From positions 190,836,001 through 190,900,000 of the forward strand of contig NC_042997.1 in the NCBI RefSeq assembly GCF_006345805.1: a DNA stretch of 64,000 nucleotides. The letters run 5' to 3'. This stretch comes from Octopus sinensis. Lineage: Eukaryota. The position numbers and the translations under genes were made by a program. Shown one piece after another: positions 37,995-51,132 of this stretch (the stretch's first letter is position 1; each line of letters begins with the position of its first letter). The notes under the pieces are model-generated. The model saw only the letters and a list, made by a program, of their open reading frames with translations, ran no database searches and was not told where the DNA came from.

Positions 37995-39139
37995 GGCTGA
38001 AATGGTGAAGTTGGGGGTGGAGAGTGTTATTAATTTGATAACCATGGAAATTTATTTTACCGTCAGTTTAGCCGTTTTACTACTGCTTCGTCCTTAAAAG
38101 GAGTCAAGTTTATTTCTGTTAGCCATTTTTTTAAAGAAACTGACGCACAATATTGAATTTAACGTAATCTAACATAAATTCCGGTTCCTTTGAATTTGTG
38201 TGTAATAAAATTCAAGAATGCTCAGTATTTTAATAGTTAAAGCCAAAAACTAAAATTTGAAGATACGTATACAGTTGGGCATAAATATATATGTGGATAG
38301 TATTAAATATAAGTAGATGCATGCAGTACGTGTTATTCTTTTTGAGCGCGAGAGATCACGCGTTGTGTATTTTTTTTTTTATAAATTTGTGTGTGTGTTA
38401 GTGTATGTGAGAGTGTGCGCTTATATGTGAGTGAGTATGTGCTTGTGTGCGTGTAGTTTAACACATGTATTAATTTAACCTCGTTTTCTTCATTAGAAAA
38501 CTAAAGGAAATTAAATCAAGTTGTCGTGCCGTTATTCTTTGCATCACCTCTTAACACCAACGTTATTTGACACATAATAATTAAATATAACTCACTGTCT
38601 AACTTCCACAGAATCCACAATATCAAAACACATTTAAAAAAAAAATAACCAAGTTTGTCACCCACTGTTATAACAACAATATTTTTTATCTAATCTAATT
38701 ACCACAGATCCAAAAACATAACTTCATACAATAAGGTATCACAATTATTTTTCTAATAATCGCTGCTCTAAGCGTTCTGTTGAAAGTTAACAGAAAATTA
38801 AAGACATTAACTGCAAACTTGAAAAAATACAACGAAATGAGAAGAAAGATCGTTTTTCACAAATAGAATTATACCTTTGATCACTGTTTTCAATCCTTCT
38901 TCACAAGAAGCTCTATACTTCTTAGACTAGCAAACATTCTACTTTGTTTAATCACAATTTACTTGGAATTATTACAAACAAAATAACTCACCACCCTGTC
39001 TCGCGAGAAAATAAACTACGCTTAATGACACACTCATTGGATACTATACTAACAAAGATTAGAAATCACTCTTTGATAGTATCCTGTGAAATAGCAAACA
39101 AATATCGACTCTAAGGTACTTCGCATTTTTATATACTTC

Positions 39140-39344
39140 TATTCCTTTAGTCTTTTATTTGTTTCAGTCGTCCTGACTGCGGCTATGCTGGAGCACCGCC
39201 TTTAGTCGAGCAAATCGACCCCAGGACTTATTCTTTATCAGCTTAGTACTTATTCTATTGGTCTCTTTGCCAAACCGCTAGCTTACGGGGACGTAAACAC
39301 ACCAGCATCGGCTGTCAAGCGATATTGGAGGGGGACAAAAACAG

Positions 39345-39397
<53 letters not shown>

Positions 39398-39405
39398 ACG
39401 GGCTT
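39140..39405 (-). mobile_element. SINE family A, tail half; head half at 43546-43686
   Basis: Breaks at acaacgggctt; the expected continuation cttctttcagtttc appears at about 43544. Confidence 0.8.
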
Positions 39406-40371
39406 CCCTATATCTCAGTGTTTTAGCAGCACATTGAAGAACTGGTCTCGAAAATCTTCCCATGCTGCAGTATTTTCAATGCTGGACATGCGAGTCTGAA
39501 GCTCTTTCCTCAACACAGTATCATATATCTTGTGGACATTCAGACGCCGAGGAATGCTGACTGGCGCTCTTCTCTCTTTCACTCTAATCATCATCCGGAA
39601 CTTTGATCGCACCAGACTGTGGTCTGTCCAGCATTCCGATCCATGAAAGGACTTAACATTCCAAATGTCATAGATGTTACGCTTGCGGATGATGACATAA
39701 TCCGGCAAGTGCCAAACTTTAGACCTTGGATGCATCCACGTTGTAGTGTGATCACCTTTGTGTATAAAATGAGTGCTTGCGGTGTAAAGTCCATGTTCAT
39801 CGCAAAGCTCCAGCAGCATGAGACCATTGATATTCATTTTCCCTCAACCAAAACTTCCTAGAGAATTCCATGTTTGCCAGTCTGTTCCAACCCTGGCGTT
39901 GAAATCCACCAGTAGAATGACTTTATCAGAACTGGGGATTTTCCTAAGTATGGCTCTCGGCTGGGTATAAAAAATAGTTTTATCTTCATCAAAGCTAGTC
40001 AAAGTAGGTGCATAGGCACTTATTAGAGTAGTAAACCGCCCACCTTTCAAGTGCAATCGTAAAGTCATTAGACATTAATTTATAGGCACAGGAAGCTGCT
40101 CCAACTTTTTAAGGATATCAGATCGAACTGCAAAGCCAATACCAGCCTCTCTGCGCTTCTCCTTCTGCCTCCCCTTCCAGAAAAAGGTGTATCCACCTCC
40201 TACTTCCTCAAGCTTCTATGCGAGTCTCTGAAAGTGCAGCTATATCAATGTTATAACGGTTCAGCTCGCGAGCAACGAGTGCAGTACGTTTTTCAGGCCT
40301 ACAATAACTCTTGTTATCCAAAAGAGTGCGTATATTCCAACATGAAATGTTCAAATTCCATCCAGATTTTG
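39404..40371 (-). mobile_element. RTE (BovB-like) LINE, N-terminal endonuclease region, 3'-truncated
   Basis: WNIRTLLD, RTALVARELNRYNIDIAALSETR, ISAYAPT, DFNARVG, HPRSK.WH..DY, TDHSLV. Confidence 0.92.
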
Positions 40372-40458
40372 TAAATAAAAGTCTTCACGAATTCTCGTGT
40401 CATCTTTGCGCAGGGGTCATGCTAATCTTCTTTGTATTGTTCCAGTTTTAATTTATGT
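40372..40458 (-). pseudogene. U6 snRNA pseudogene (from about nt 18 to near the 3' end)
   Basis: acataaattaaaactggaacaatacaaagaagattagcatgacccctgcgcaaagatgacacgagaattcgtgaag; 9 mismatches in 76 nt against canonical metazoan U6 by eye; ACAGAGA box mutated. Confidence 0.92.
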
Positions 40459-40609
40459 AGTATTATTATTTTGTTTTACTACAAAATTACAAACCGTAAA
40501 GCAAAGATGATGTATTTGCATATGCAATTAAGTTATAAATTTTCCAAACATTTGACGCTCAATGTGTGTACATTTATACATATTTATATAAATATCTAGT
40601 CGCCATGAT

Positions 40610-40840
40610 AGGTCGTTAGCCACTACACACATTTTTTCTCTCTTTTTTTTTTCTCTCCTTGTTTCTCTCCTTGTTTTTTCTGTGGCCCTTTCTGTAGAAG
40701 AGCGTAGGCTCGAAACATAAAAGACTTTTTCTATTCCTGAGCGTTATACTAATACATCTGTTTGTTGTCTACACCACCTGTCTTCGTCTTTTGTTTTGTT
40801 TTTTGTTTGTTTGTTTTCGTAAACTCTCCCTATAAATATA
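40610..40840 (+). mobile_element. Solo Penelope-like terminal repeat with a hammerhead motif at 40688-40723 (core CUGUAGA, mutated)
   Basis: CTTT-CTGTAGA-a-GAGC-gtag-GCTC-GAAA-cata-AAAG; downstream ttcctgagcg...taatac...cacctgtct is shared with the 10200-10320 copy. Confidence 0.7.
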
Positions 40841-41409
40841 CGAACTGAATTCGAACTAAAGAGCTTTATTTCCGAACGACGTTGATGAAATTCCTCAAGA
40901 AACAGGAAAATTTATCAATGTATACGGATACACTGCAAGGCATTGAAGCTTTCCTTACAAACAAATTGCTCACGTTTCTTGCACTTACACTTTTCCTACG
41001 TATAGAACGTTGTAGGCTTATCTACACACATTGTTTCATTGAGGGAAACGAAACACTCGTTTTAATAAACAAGGAAAACAGACTTCGTTCTTATTTCTAC
41101 ACATTGAAGGAGAGCGGTAAATTGGTAAACTCATTACAATGTCAACAAAACATAATATGGTATTTTGTTTCGGCTCTTCTGGCAGAAACCATTTTAACAC
41201 CAACTTAGTCTTTCATACTTCCAGAGTCGACAAAATAAAGTAATAGCCACGTACGAGGTCGATGGGGGGTATTTAATTGACTAATTCCATCGCAAATATA
41301 TATGATCTTGTGTTTTGTATTCGAGGTTGAACAGGCAAAGTGCTGAATGAAATATCGCAATGCATCTTATTTTAACTAAAGGAAAAACTAAACGAAGTAT
41401 TAGTTTCGA

Positions 41410-41625
41410 CGGCGGTGAGCTGACAGAATGGTTAGCACGTCGGGCAAAATGCTTAGCGGCATTTCGTTCGTCCTTACGTTCTGAGTTCAAATTCCGCTGA
41501 AGTCGGCTTTGCTTTTCATCCTTTCGAGAACGATAAAATAAGTAGTATTTGAGCACTGGGGTCGATGTAATCGACATAACTTCTCCCCGAAATTGCTGGC
41601 TTTGTACCAAAATTTGAAATCAATA
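41410..41625 (+). mobile_element. SINE family C
   Basis: ggcggtgagctgacagaatggttagc head and actggggtcgatgtaatcgac. Confidence 0.85.
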
Positions 41626-41651
41626 TTAGTATTAATTTAGTAATTAATAAC

Positions 41652-41957
41652 TCTTTTACTCTTTTACTTGTTTCAGTCATTTGACTGCGGCCATGCCGGA
41701 GCACTGCCTTTAGTCGAGCAAATCTACCCCTGGACTTATTCTTTGTAAGTCTAGTACTTATTCTATCGGTCTTTTGCCGAACCGCTAAGTTACGGGGAAG
41801 CAAACATACAACCATCGGTTGTCAAGAGATGTTGGGGTCACAAACACAGACATACAAACATACACACACACACACACATATATATATACGACGGTCTTCT
41901 TTCAGCAAACACACCACCATCAGTTGTCAAGCGATGTTGGGGGCATAAACACACACT

Positions 41958-41990
<33 letters not shown>

Positions 41991-42146
41991 GACGGGCTTC
42001 TTTCAGTTTCTGTCTACCAAATCTACTCAAGGCTTTGGTCAGCCCGAGGCTATTATAGAAGACACTTGCCCAAGGTGTCACGCAGTGGGAATGAACCCGG
42101 AACCATGTGGTTTGTAAGCAAGATACCACACAGCCACTCCTGCGCT
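41652..42146 (-). mobile_element. SINE family A with a duplicated central segment
   Basis: The accatcggttgtcaag...gacgg.cttctttcag block occurs twice. Confidence 0.85.
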
Positions 42147-43019
42147 TAAAATTTTTTATTAGATCTCTTGTGAGTTCTGGAAGAATTTGAAACCACCACC
42201 TACGTGTTGTAATACTACTTAGCAACACCCATGCCAACTGGGCCATCGAAGTAATTGCAGTATGTGTCAATGATTTCATGAATGAAGATATTTCGTAGAA
42301 TTTGTAAAATATTCTATTATGACGTAATTTCAGTCTTAGCTTTTCAACACAGAAAATTATATGCTGTTAACAGATTTGGTAAATATTTGGGTTTAAATAC
42401 TCCGTTAGAAAATTGCAATACATTTCAATTATGGCGTCATAATACACTGATTTCCCTTGCGAATACACAGAACAATTTTACTTTCGTCTTCACGCCTTCA
42501 ATACTTCAGCAGACACCATCACTGGATTTATAGATAGTCTTGTCTATAATCAATATAGCAGTGAAATATTCCAATGACTGTGTTAAGTAAGCAGTTGATT
42601 CTACAGTCCCATAAACAGGCACGCACATACAAACACATATTTCTGCTAGCTCGAAGACGAGATCATCAGCTGTTGATTAGGATTTCGGATTTTATCCGTT
42701 TGTTTATATCGACATGAGGATTCCGATTTGTAGCACTGATTAGTAAATGTGATATTTATATACCACTGACACTGTAATGGGAGAAACATAGACATATGGA
42801 AAGCGTTGCTTGCGTGCGTAAGATCTTAAAGAAGCATCTATATAGTCAATCTAGATACTAGACATAGCAACCAAATCTCCGTACATCACACCTTAACAAC
42901 TGAAAAAAAAGAAGGACGCATTGGGTAATAAATTTTGTTAAATGAAAAACCTCTATTGATAGTCACAGCCGAAATATTTTAACTTTCTCTTTGTCTTTAG
43001 GATAAGTAATAATAAATCT

Positions 43020-43360
43020 ACGCTTAGATGTGGGCGGGATAGGGAAAACATCCCGCACGTTATTGTTCAGTATTCGGAGGTGTCAGACGTGTGGGTTTAT
43101 GCCGAACAACTGTTGTCAAGTACTCGAAGAGTACAGCTATCGACTGAGTCTATAGTAAAATTTGACCCGCCTGATTTCTCGAGACAGAAAGGATTAAAGT
43201 CAGCCACTTTCCATCTCCGGCCGTAATTTGGTGAATTATTTCACCTTTCACCTTAAAAGGAAGATAGGGCAGGAAAGAAAATGCCTGACTGTGAAAATGT
43301 TTGAAAATCGATGGAAGAATGTAGCACGGATGTTGCGAGTGAATGTAACCTAATGAATGC
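43020..43360 (+). mobile_element. Diverged Tx1-family C-terminal fragment
   Basis: TLRCGRDRENIPHVIVQYSEVSDVWVYAEQLLS..RRVQLSTESIV and NYFTFHLKRK align with TCPRCGQSDETVLHALVQCPTISDLWAYVEQLLSRVGRVGLSAESIV and NFFKYHLKRK of the 5291-7767 element. Confidence 0.8.
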
Positions 43361-43722
43361 GACGCAGGACGTATCTGAGGTATCAGTGGTGAGGCGGGGC
43401 TCGTGGGGTCCGAATTGAACCCGCCTTCCCACTCCATCCGTAATGTCTTCCGGTCTGTCCTATCATTCCCTATATCCCAGTGTTTCAGCAGCACATTGAA
43501 GAACCGGTCTCGAAAATCTTCCCATGCTGCAGTATTTTCAATGCTTCTTTCAGGCTTCTTTCAGTTTCTACCAGCCCGAGACTGTAGTAGAAGACACTTG
43601 GCCAAGGTGCCACGCAGTGAGACTGAACCCAGAACTATGTGGATAGGAAGCAAGCTTCTTACTACACAGCCACTCCTGCACCTATACTTATTTAAAAATC
43701 AAAATTACTAAAAATAATAAAC

Positions 43723-43885
43723 ATAGGCGCAGGCATGGTTGTGTGGTGAGAAGCTTGCTTCACAAGCACATGGTTCTGGGTTCAGTCCCACTGCGTGACA
43801 TCATGGGCAAGTGTCTTCTACTACAGTCTCGGGTTGACTAAAGCCTTGTGAGTGGATTTGGTAGATGGTAACTGAAAGAAGCCTG

Positions 43886-43963
<78 letters not shown>

Positions 43964-44400
43964 TCGTATATATTTTAATATATATATGTATTGTGTCTTT
44001 GTGTCTGTGTTTGCTCCCCACCATCTTCTGACAACCGATGTTGGTGTGTTTACGTCCCGTAACTTAGCAGTTTAGCAAAAGAGACCGATATAATAAGTAC
44101 TAGGTTACAAAGAATAAGTCTTGGGGTCGATTTCTTCGACTAAAAAACCCCTGTGAGTGGATTTGGTTGACGGAAACTGAAAGAAACCTCTGTGTGCATG
44201 TATGATGTGTGTGCGTTTGTCCCCCCCCCCACCACTGCATGAGAATTGGGGTTTACATCCTCATAACTTAGCATTTTGACAGAAAACACCGATAGAATAA
44301 ATACCAGGCTTCAAAAAATAAGAGTGCTAAGATCGATTCATTCGACTAAAAATTCTTCAAAACTATGTTCCAGCATAGCAGCAGTCTAGTGACTAAGATA
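43723..44400 (+). mobile_element. SINE family A plus a second partial copy
   Basis: ataggcgcaggcatggttgtg head; the body restarts at about 44152. Confidence 0.85.
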
Positions 44401-45494
44401 AAAAAAAAAAAAGAATAAAAACAGGTAAGTATTGTAATAACTTTCAAGGATTTCATGAATGAAAATATTTTGTAGAATTTGAATACAATTTCATTATGAT
44501 CTAATTTCAATCGTTTTTTTTTTTCTTTCTTTTCGACACAAAAAGAAAAACTAAAAGCATGTAACAGATTTGGTTAATGTTATGGCTTCAATGTTCCGCT
44601 TTAAAATTTTCCATACATTTTTACTATGCCGTCATAATAGATTTGAGCAGACATTAACAGCTGGATTTATATATAGCCTGGTTGGTATATAATCAATATA
44701 GCATTGAAATTTTCCAATGACTGGATAAGTATCACATACATGCATGCATCCACACACACACATTCTCCGACACAGAGTCATTATTAATGATAAAGCAGAA
44801 TACTTTAATATATAAGTATTCTCTATTTTTAATATATATATATATATATAACAAAATTTTATATAGAGTTACCCAAGGTTTTGCGCCTTGTTCTAAAATA
44901 TCTACGTCGTAGACGTGAAGAGACGCTCTCATTGTCTCTCTCTCTCTCTCTCTCTCTTTCTTTCTCTCTCTCTCTCTCTGAATATATATATACCAGTAAC
45001 GCTTAATTACAGAATAAAACTATTATAATTACCTAATACGGACACACACACACACACACACACACAAACATACATACAAATGCCTGTATTGGAGAGCCTG
45101 GGATGGAAACAGGCACGGTAACTTCAATCATACATTCGAGACCGATAAAAAAAAGTATATTGAGCTAGAGCATAGATTAGCAGAACTGCAAGAGCATCGG
45201 ACAAAAGGCCTTGTTATATATGTTCCGGCTCTTTGAGCTCGGATTTAAATCCCTCCATAGCCTACGTGGCTGAAAGATTTAAAGCCGTTGTCACGTTTAA
45301 CACTACCAACTGAATCAGTGGATGACTAGCGGAATTCACACTGTTGCAATCATTCGAACAAGTTTACAGATTTGAGAATACTCTTCCGTCTCTCTCCCAC
45401 TTTTTTCTTTCAGAGGCCCTTTAAAATGTCATGGATACAAACTTCCCACCTGCGCAAGTGATATGAGAAAGAAACTCAATTCTGAATAATCCGT

Positions 45495-46145
45495 CACTGG
45501 TCCTGATCTTATATTGTCCGACGCCCTTAAGGAACCGCCTGAACTTCTTTAGTAGCGGGATACTTCGCAGGATTATGGGTTACCATTGGTTAGATTTCCT
45601 ATCTAACCAATGACTCTATTCAGAAATTGGGATGCATCCTGTTATTTGTATGATTCGGGAACATCAGTTCAGACGGTTTGGTCATGTTGCTCAATTTTCC
45701 GAGTTAGATCTTGCGTATCATGTTCTCTTCTCCGAGGGCTCGGATGGGGTGGTGGTTCGTGTTTGGCAATTACATGCCACATGGTGACGGCGGATGAAGA
45801 AGTACCTATTTCTTTACTACTCACAAGGGGCTAAACACAGAAGGGACAAACAAGGACAGACAAACGGATTAAGTCGATTATATCGACCCCAGTGCGTAAC
45901 TGGTACTTATTTAATCGACCCCGAAAGGATGAAAAGCAAAGTCGACCTCGACGGAATTTGAACTCAGAACGTAACGGCAGATGAAATACGGCTACGCATT
46001 TCGCCCTGCGTGCTAACGTTTCTGCCAGCTCGCCGCCTTGTGGAGATGGAGATTGAGTGTGACACTGCTCAGAGGGTTACCCGGAAGCCCTCGAGCAAAT
46101 ACCGACAAATGATGGATGCCACGACACGCTACATCAGCGCATGTT
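45495..46145 (+). mobile_element. RTE-like LINE 3' remnant interrupted by a family C SINE (45807-46037, minus)
   Basis: LRRIMGYHWLDFLSN, MIREHQFRRFGHVA; after the SINE, MMDATTRYISACSHT* and a (cttga)n tail. Confidence 0.72.
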
Positions 46146-46275
46146 CCCATACTTGACTTGACCTGGTCTTTATGATATGACATGATTTGACACTGCCTCA
46201 TAATATCATACTTTCAGGATCGATAAAGAAATTGGTAGTCAGCATTTATTTCACGCATTTGCAAATGTGTGTGTG

Positions 46276-46340
<65 letters not shown>

Positions 46341-47274
46341 TATAATATATATATATATATATACATATATGAATATTTTCATTGATGTCTTCTATGAATT
46401 TAAGCTCGTTTATGTCAACGTAATCGTAATTTTAAGGATGTATAAATATATATGTAAGAGTTCATATGTGCATATACGTGTGAGTGTATAGATATTTGTC
46501 ATACCTTTCAACTATATATTGGGTGTACATGTCTTCAGTGTATGTATGAGTGAACGTGTGCTTGCTTTATATGTATGTATATACGTTTTATGTATGCATG
46601 TATGCATTGTGCGCGCATGTGAGTGCATGTGTATGCGCATGCGTGTGTGTGTGCATGTGTGCGTGTGTGTGTAAATATGTTTGCATGTATGTATAATATG
46701 TACGTAGGTTGCGTTCTTTGGATGTCTTTGAACCGCTTTCTTGTCTGGTAACAAATACATAAAAATAGTGTTTCGTTCGGCAACGTCCATTCATATTCTT
46801 GAAAAATCATAAACATTTTACACTACTTTTGAATTGAGAAGCTGAAAATCCTACAAAAATCCAAGTGTGCTGGTACACAGAGTGATCGAAATAAGATCGA
46901 TATCGGCAAATCAAAATATGCCTTAGAAAGAAAAATTTTTACGAAAATCTCAGATTTGCTATTTTTCAGTTGATACAATTACTGTAATTTTGAAAATGAA
47001 GTTATTGTAGTTTCATTGTAGTTCTCTTGTTATATGTACGTACACATCGACTCAATGACACGAACACGTACACATCCAGAAGCAACAGAAAATAGATATC
47101 ACTGGAGTGACAGAGAGAAAGAAAGAGAGAGGAGAGAGAAGGAGAGAGGAGGAGGAAGAGAGAAAGAAAGAAAGACAGACAGAAATTCAAATTCAGAGAG
47201 AGTGGAAGTCTATAAGACAACGATAGAAAGAGAGGTTTTTTTTTAAGGGAGGTATAATGAAATTGAAGAGTTAC

Positions 47275-47723
47275 TTATTTCTTTATTGCCCACAAGGGGC
47301 TAAACATAGAGGGGACAAACAAAGACAGACAAAGGGATTAAGCCGATTACATCGACCCCAGTGCGTAACTGGTACTTAATTTATCGACTCCGAAAGGATG
47401 AAAGGCAAAGTCGACCTCGGCGGAATTTGAACTCAGAACGTAACGGCAGACGAAATACTGCTAAGCATTTCGCCCGGCGTGCTAACGTTTCTTATTTCTT
47501 TATTGCCCACAAGGGGCTAAACATAGAGGGGACAAACAAGGACAGACAAAGGGATAAAGCCGATAATATCGACCCCAGTGCGTAACTGGTACTTAATTTA
47601 TCGACTCCGAAAGGATGAAAGGCAAAGTCGACCTCGGCGGAATTTGAACTCTGAACATAACGGCAAACGAAATACGGCTACGCATTTCGCCTGGCGTGCT
47701 CACGTTTCTGCCAGCTCACCGCC
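47275..47723 (-). mobile_element. Head-to-tail dimer of family C SINE
   Basis: Two very similar units of about 217 bp; only the right unit keeps the 5' tgccagctcaccgcc end. Confidence 0.9.
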
Positions 47724-48005
47724 TTATTTAAGCGTTTCTTGCCTACATAAAAATATGTAGCAGAAGTATTAAATCTTTATTACAGGCCCAAGGCCTAGAC
47801 ACAGAGGGGATATACAAAGACATGCGGAAACATAAAACATATGATGTGACGGATGATGTGAAAATAAAAAAGAAAAAAGAAAAAAATATGTAAATGATAC
47901 GGCTCACTCGCTCCCGCTGCGATATGAAACCGTAGATTCATTTTTACTTAACCTTTTAGATAACCTCTAGCCTTGCTCCGAGACGAAACCGTAACTTCCC
48001 TTTTC

Positions 48006-48453
48006 GGATCTTTTCGGTTTGACCGACAGTTTTTTCTAGCGGTGTCATATGAAATTGTTACCCATAATTATGATCCTAGTATCGATCTATTGCATTTCAA
48101 TCTGTTTCAGGGTTAGAGTTAGGGTTAATCAGGGTTAGGATTGCAGTTAGGCTTAGGGGGAGGAGGGTATCTTTTTTTTCTTCAGAAATGTAAATAAACC
48201 CAATCTGTTTCTTAAACGAGGGACATATTCATACGGCACAAGAATGTTGTTTACCTCAATAGACGTAAGTGATTGGTTGAAATTGCAGAAATTGAAGGAA
48301 AAAAAACAAATATCTTACAAACTATAAAATTTTCTCAATAAAGCCAAGAGAAAAAGATGTTTTATAAACACATTCTACCAGTATACGAAGTTTAAAAGTG
48401 TTTAGCTACGTAGAAATTATTTAAAAAAGCTGCCGGTCAAACCGAAAAGATCC
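48006..48453. mobile_element. TIR MITE with GG termini, 8-bp TSD and TTAGGG-like internal repeats
   Basis: TIR ggatcttttcggtttgaccg / cggtcaaaccgaaaagatcc; flanks cccttttc and ccctattc (7/8). Confidence 0.85.
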
Positions 48454-50022
48454 CCCTATTCAATTTTGCCTTTAAAAAAAATTGAGAAAACCTGTTCTTT
48501 CAACCTTTAAAAGTTCAAAACATTTTTTTTTCTTGCAGTTGCAGTCTTTACAGAATTATTTCGACCTACCTCTTATGTCTCTCACAATGTTTTTCACTTT
48601 TACGTTAGGGTGTCCTATCTCACTATAAATGTATTTTTGCTTGTTTTTCATGTCTCTTTTTGTTTCTTTTTTTTTTTCCTGTTCTTTTGTGTGTTCTTGT
48701 ATTTGTGTTTGCGTGTTCCTGTATGTGTGTGTCTGTGTGTTCATTTGACAGCAACTCCATGTGTTTCATCTGTGTATCTATGTTTTTCGAATTCTGAAGT
48801 ATTTTTACGATTCGGTTGTCTAACCTTAAATACCCAGAAATTGGCTCATACGCATGTTTTCTACAAGTGGTCACATGACCTGGTCACGTGATGGTCGAGT
48901 CCTGGTTTTACACGGGCTATCCAATTCCAACACGTGACAGACCAGCCTAGCGCGGGAAATTATGTCGGCTAGCTGGAGCCTAACAGGTGGGATCTCGGCA
49001 AAGATGAGAGTTGCTTTGCAGATAGTCTTAACGCGCTGTTGTATTCCGTTTGGTCAAGCATACATCACCCAGTTCCAACTGCATGAGAAACCATATGTAT
49101 ATTTTCTTCAGACAGTATCATTGATTTAGCGGTTGAATAAAGTGTGGCAGTCAATTGCAACTCGTTTTCTTGTATTTCTTTCCGCTGGTATACCTGACTC
49201 ACTGGAACCAAGAAATTGTAATTATACCCGGGCCAGAGCTACTCTAATCATTTCGCTAAAAATGCATATAGGCGTGGGAGTGGCTGTGTGGTAAGTAGCT
49301 TGCTTACGAACCACATGGTTCCGGGTTCAGTCCCACTGCGTGACACCTTGAGCAAGTGTCGTCTACTATAGCCTCGGGCCGACCAAAGCCTTGTGAGTGG
49401 ATTTGGTAGAACCCATGCAGAACTTTAGAAAAAAACTATGTTGCATCAATTTTAACTGAAATATGTATCCTCATGTATATATTTCAAAAGTCTAAGCAAG
49501 CTTAACGTTTCATAAATAAAATATATCCTTTTTAGGGGACAATATTTATTGCACGTGTATGCAAGGGTGTATAATCTGCGTGTGTATATTTTTATTGATT
49601 TATATTAATCCTTCTCTGAATTTAAGCCCGCTTCAAACAGTGTCAAAGCGTTTTTGTTTATTTGTGAAAGGGTGTATAACTATGTATGTCCGAATTCATG
49701 TGTGCGTATACGTGTGAATATGTAGGTAGTTGTTATGACTTGTGTGTGTATGTTTGTGTGGTTGCTTTTATGTAAATATACGTGCATATATATTTGCAAT
49801 CAAATATGCATGCATGTATGTATATGTGTTTGTTTGGACTCAGTTTACGTGTTTTGGACCGTTTTCATGTCTGGTCACAAACTTATAGAATTCAAATACA
49901 TCAAAGTAGTATTTGGTTCGACAATGTTCCTTCATAATGGTTTCATACAATATTGTAATTGAATAACGTCAAAATGTATTAAAATCCATATGTGTGGCTA
50001 CACAGAGAGCGTTCGAAATAAC

Positions 50023-50186
50023 GAGTGGCTGTGTGATAAGTAACTTGCTTACCAACCACATGGTTCCGAGTTCAGTCCCACTGCATGGCACCTTGGGCAA
50101 GTGTCTTCTACTATAGCCTCGGGTAGACCAAAGCCTTGTGAGTGGATTTGGTAGACGGAAACTGAAAGAAGCCCGTCGCATATATG

Positions 50187-50233
<47 letters not shown>

Positions 50234-50443
50234 TCTGTGTTTGTCCCCCCCCCCCAACATCGTTTGACAACCGATGCTGGTGTGTTTACGTCCCCGTAAC
50301 TTAGCGGTTCGGCAAAAGGGACCGATAGAATAAGTACTAGGCTTACAAAGAATAAGTCCTGGGGCTGATTTGCTCGACTAAAGGCAGTGGTCCAGCATGG
50401 CCACAGTCAAATGATTGAAACAAGTAAAAGAGTAAAAGAGTAA
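50023..50443 (+). mobile_element. SINE family A
   Basis: Near full length with a (gtaaaaga)n tail. Confidence 0.9.
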
Positions 50444-51079
50444 ACCAAAATAGTTACCCAATTTGTAACACACTATCGTAGATTTTCTGTCGTGAAAAAC
50501 GGATTGAAAATAAGTCAATGGAATATTTTTCAAATTCTATAAAATGTCTTTGTCTATGAAATCATTGAAACTTACTACAATCCTTTATTATTTACAAATC
50601 TACTAATGATAACTACGAATCTTTTCTGTTGAACTCACCGTTGTTCTATTTTTTTTTTTTCTTGTTTTGTTTTAATTGTTTTCAAATTTGGTATACCGAT
50701 TTAGTTTTATATACTAGATATAAAAATGAAATTCGTTTTTGCTGTACATTAATAAATAAAAAGTCAGTAGCTTTTAAATCTTGCAAATTTTGGGTAATTT
50801 TAACCAATCGAAGGCCACAGATACGTTGGTGCCTGTTTCCACAGTAACAAGCGAAGCTATTGTCTGCTGCCCGAATCACCACCGCCACGTGTATTTTCTT
50901 TTTGTCAATGAATTTTCTTTGATGGCAAGTTCCTGTGCATTTTCGGGACTTTTGTTGTTTCATCTTTTTCACCTATGTTTTCTAGAAACAGAGGATCTTT
51001 TTAGTTGCTGTCACCACGACTTTGTTTGAAATTTTGGTAATTTTTTTGAGTAACACCCGCACGATTTTCATGGTTCGTT

Positions 51080-51132
<53 letters not shown>

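Noticed and set aside
43150-43494. 114-aa ORF as a continuation of the RTE ORF
   Set aside because: RTE similarity stops after the 80-bp repeat; the rest is the antisense of a Tx1 fragment.
48100-48160. TTAGGG-like repeats as a telomere or fusion relic
   Set aside because: Short, degenerate and enclosed within MITE TIRs.
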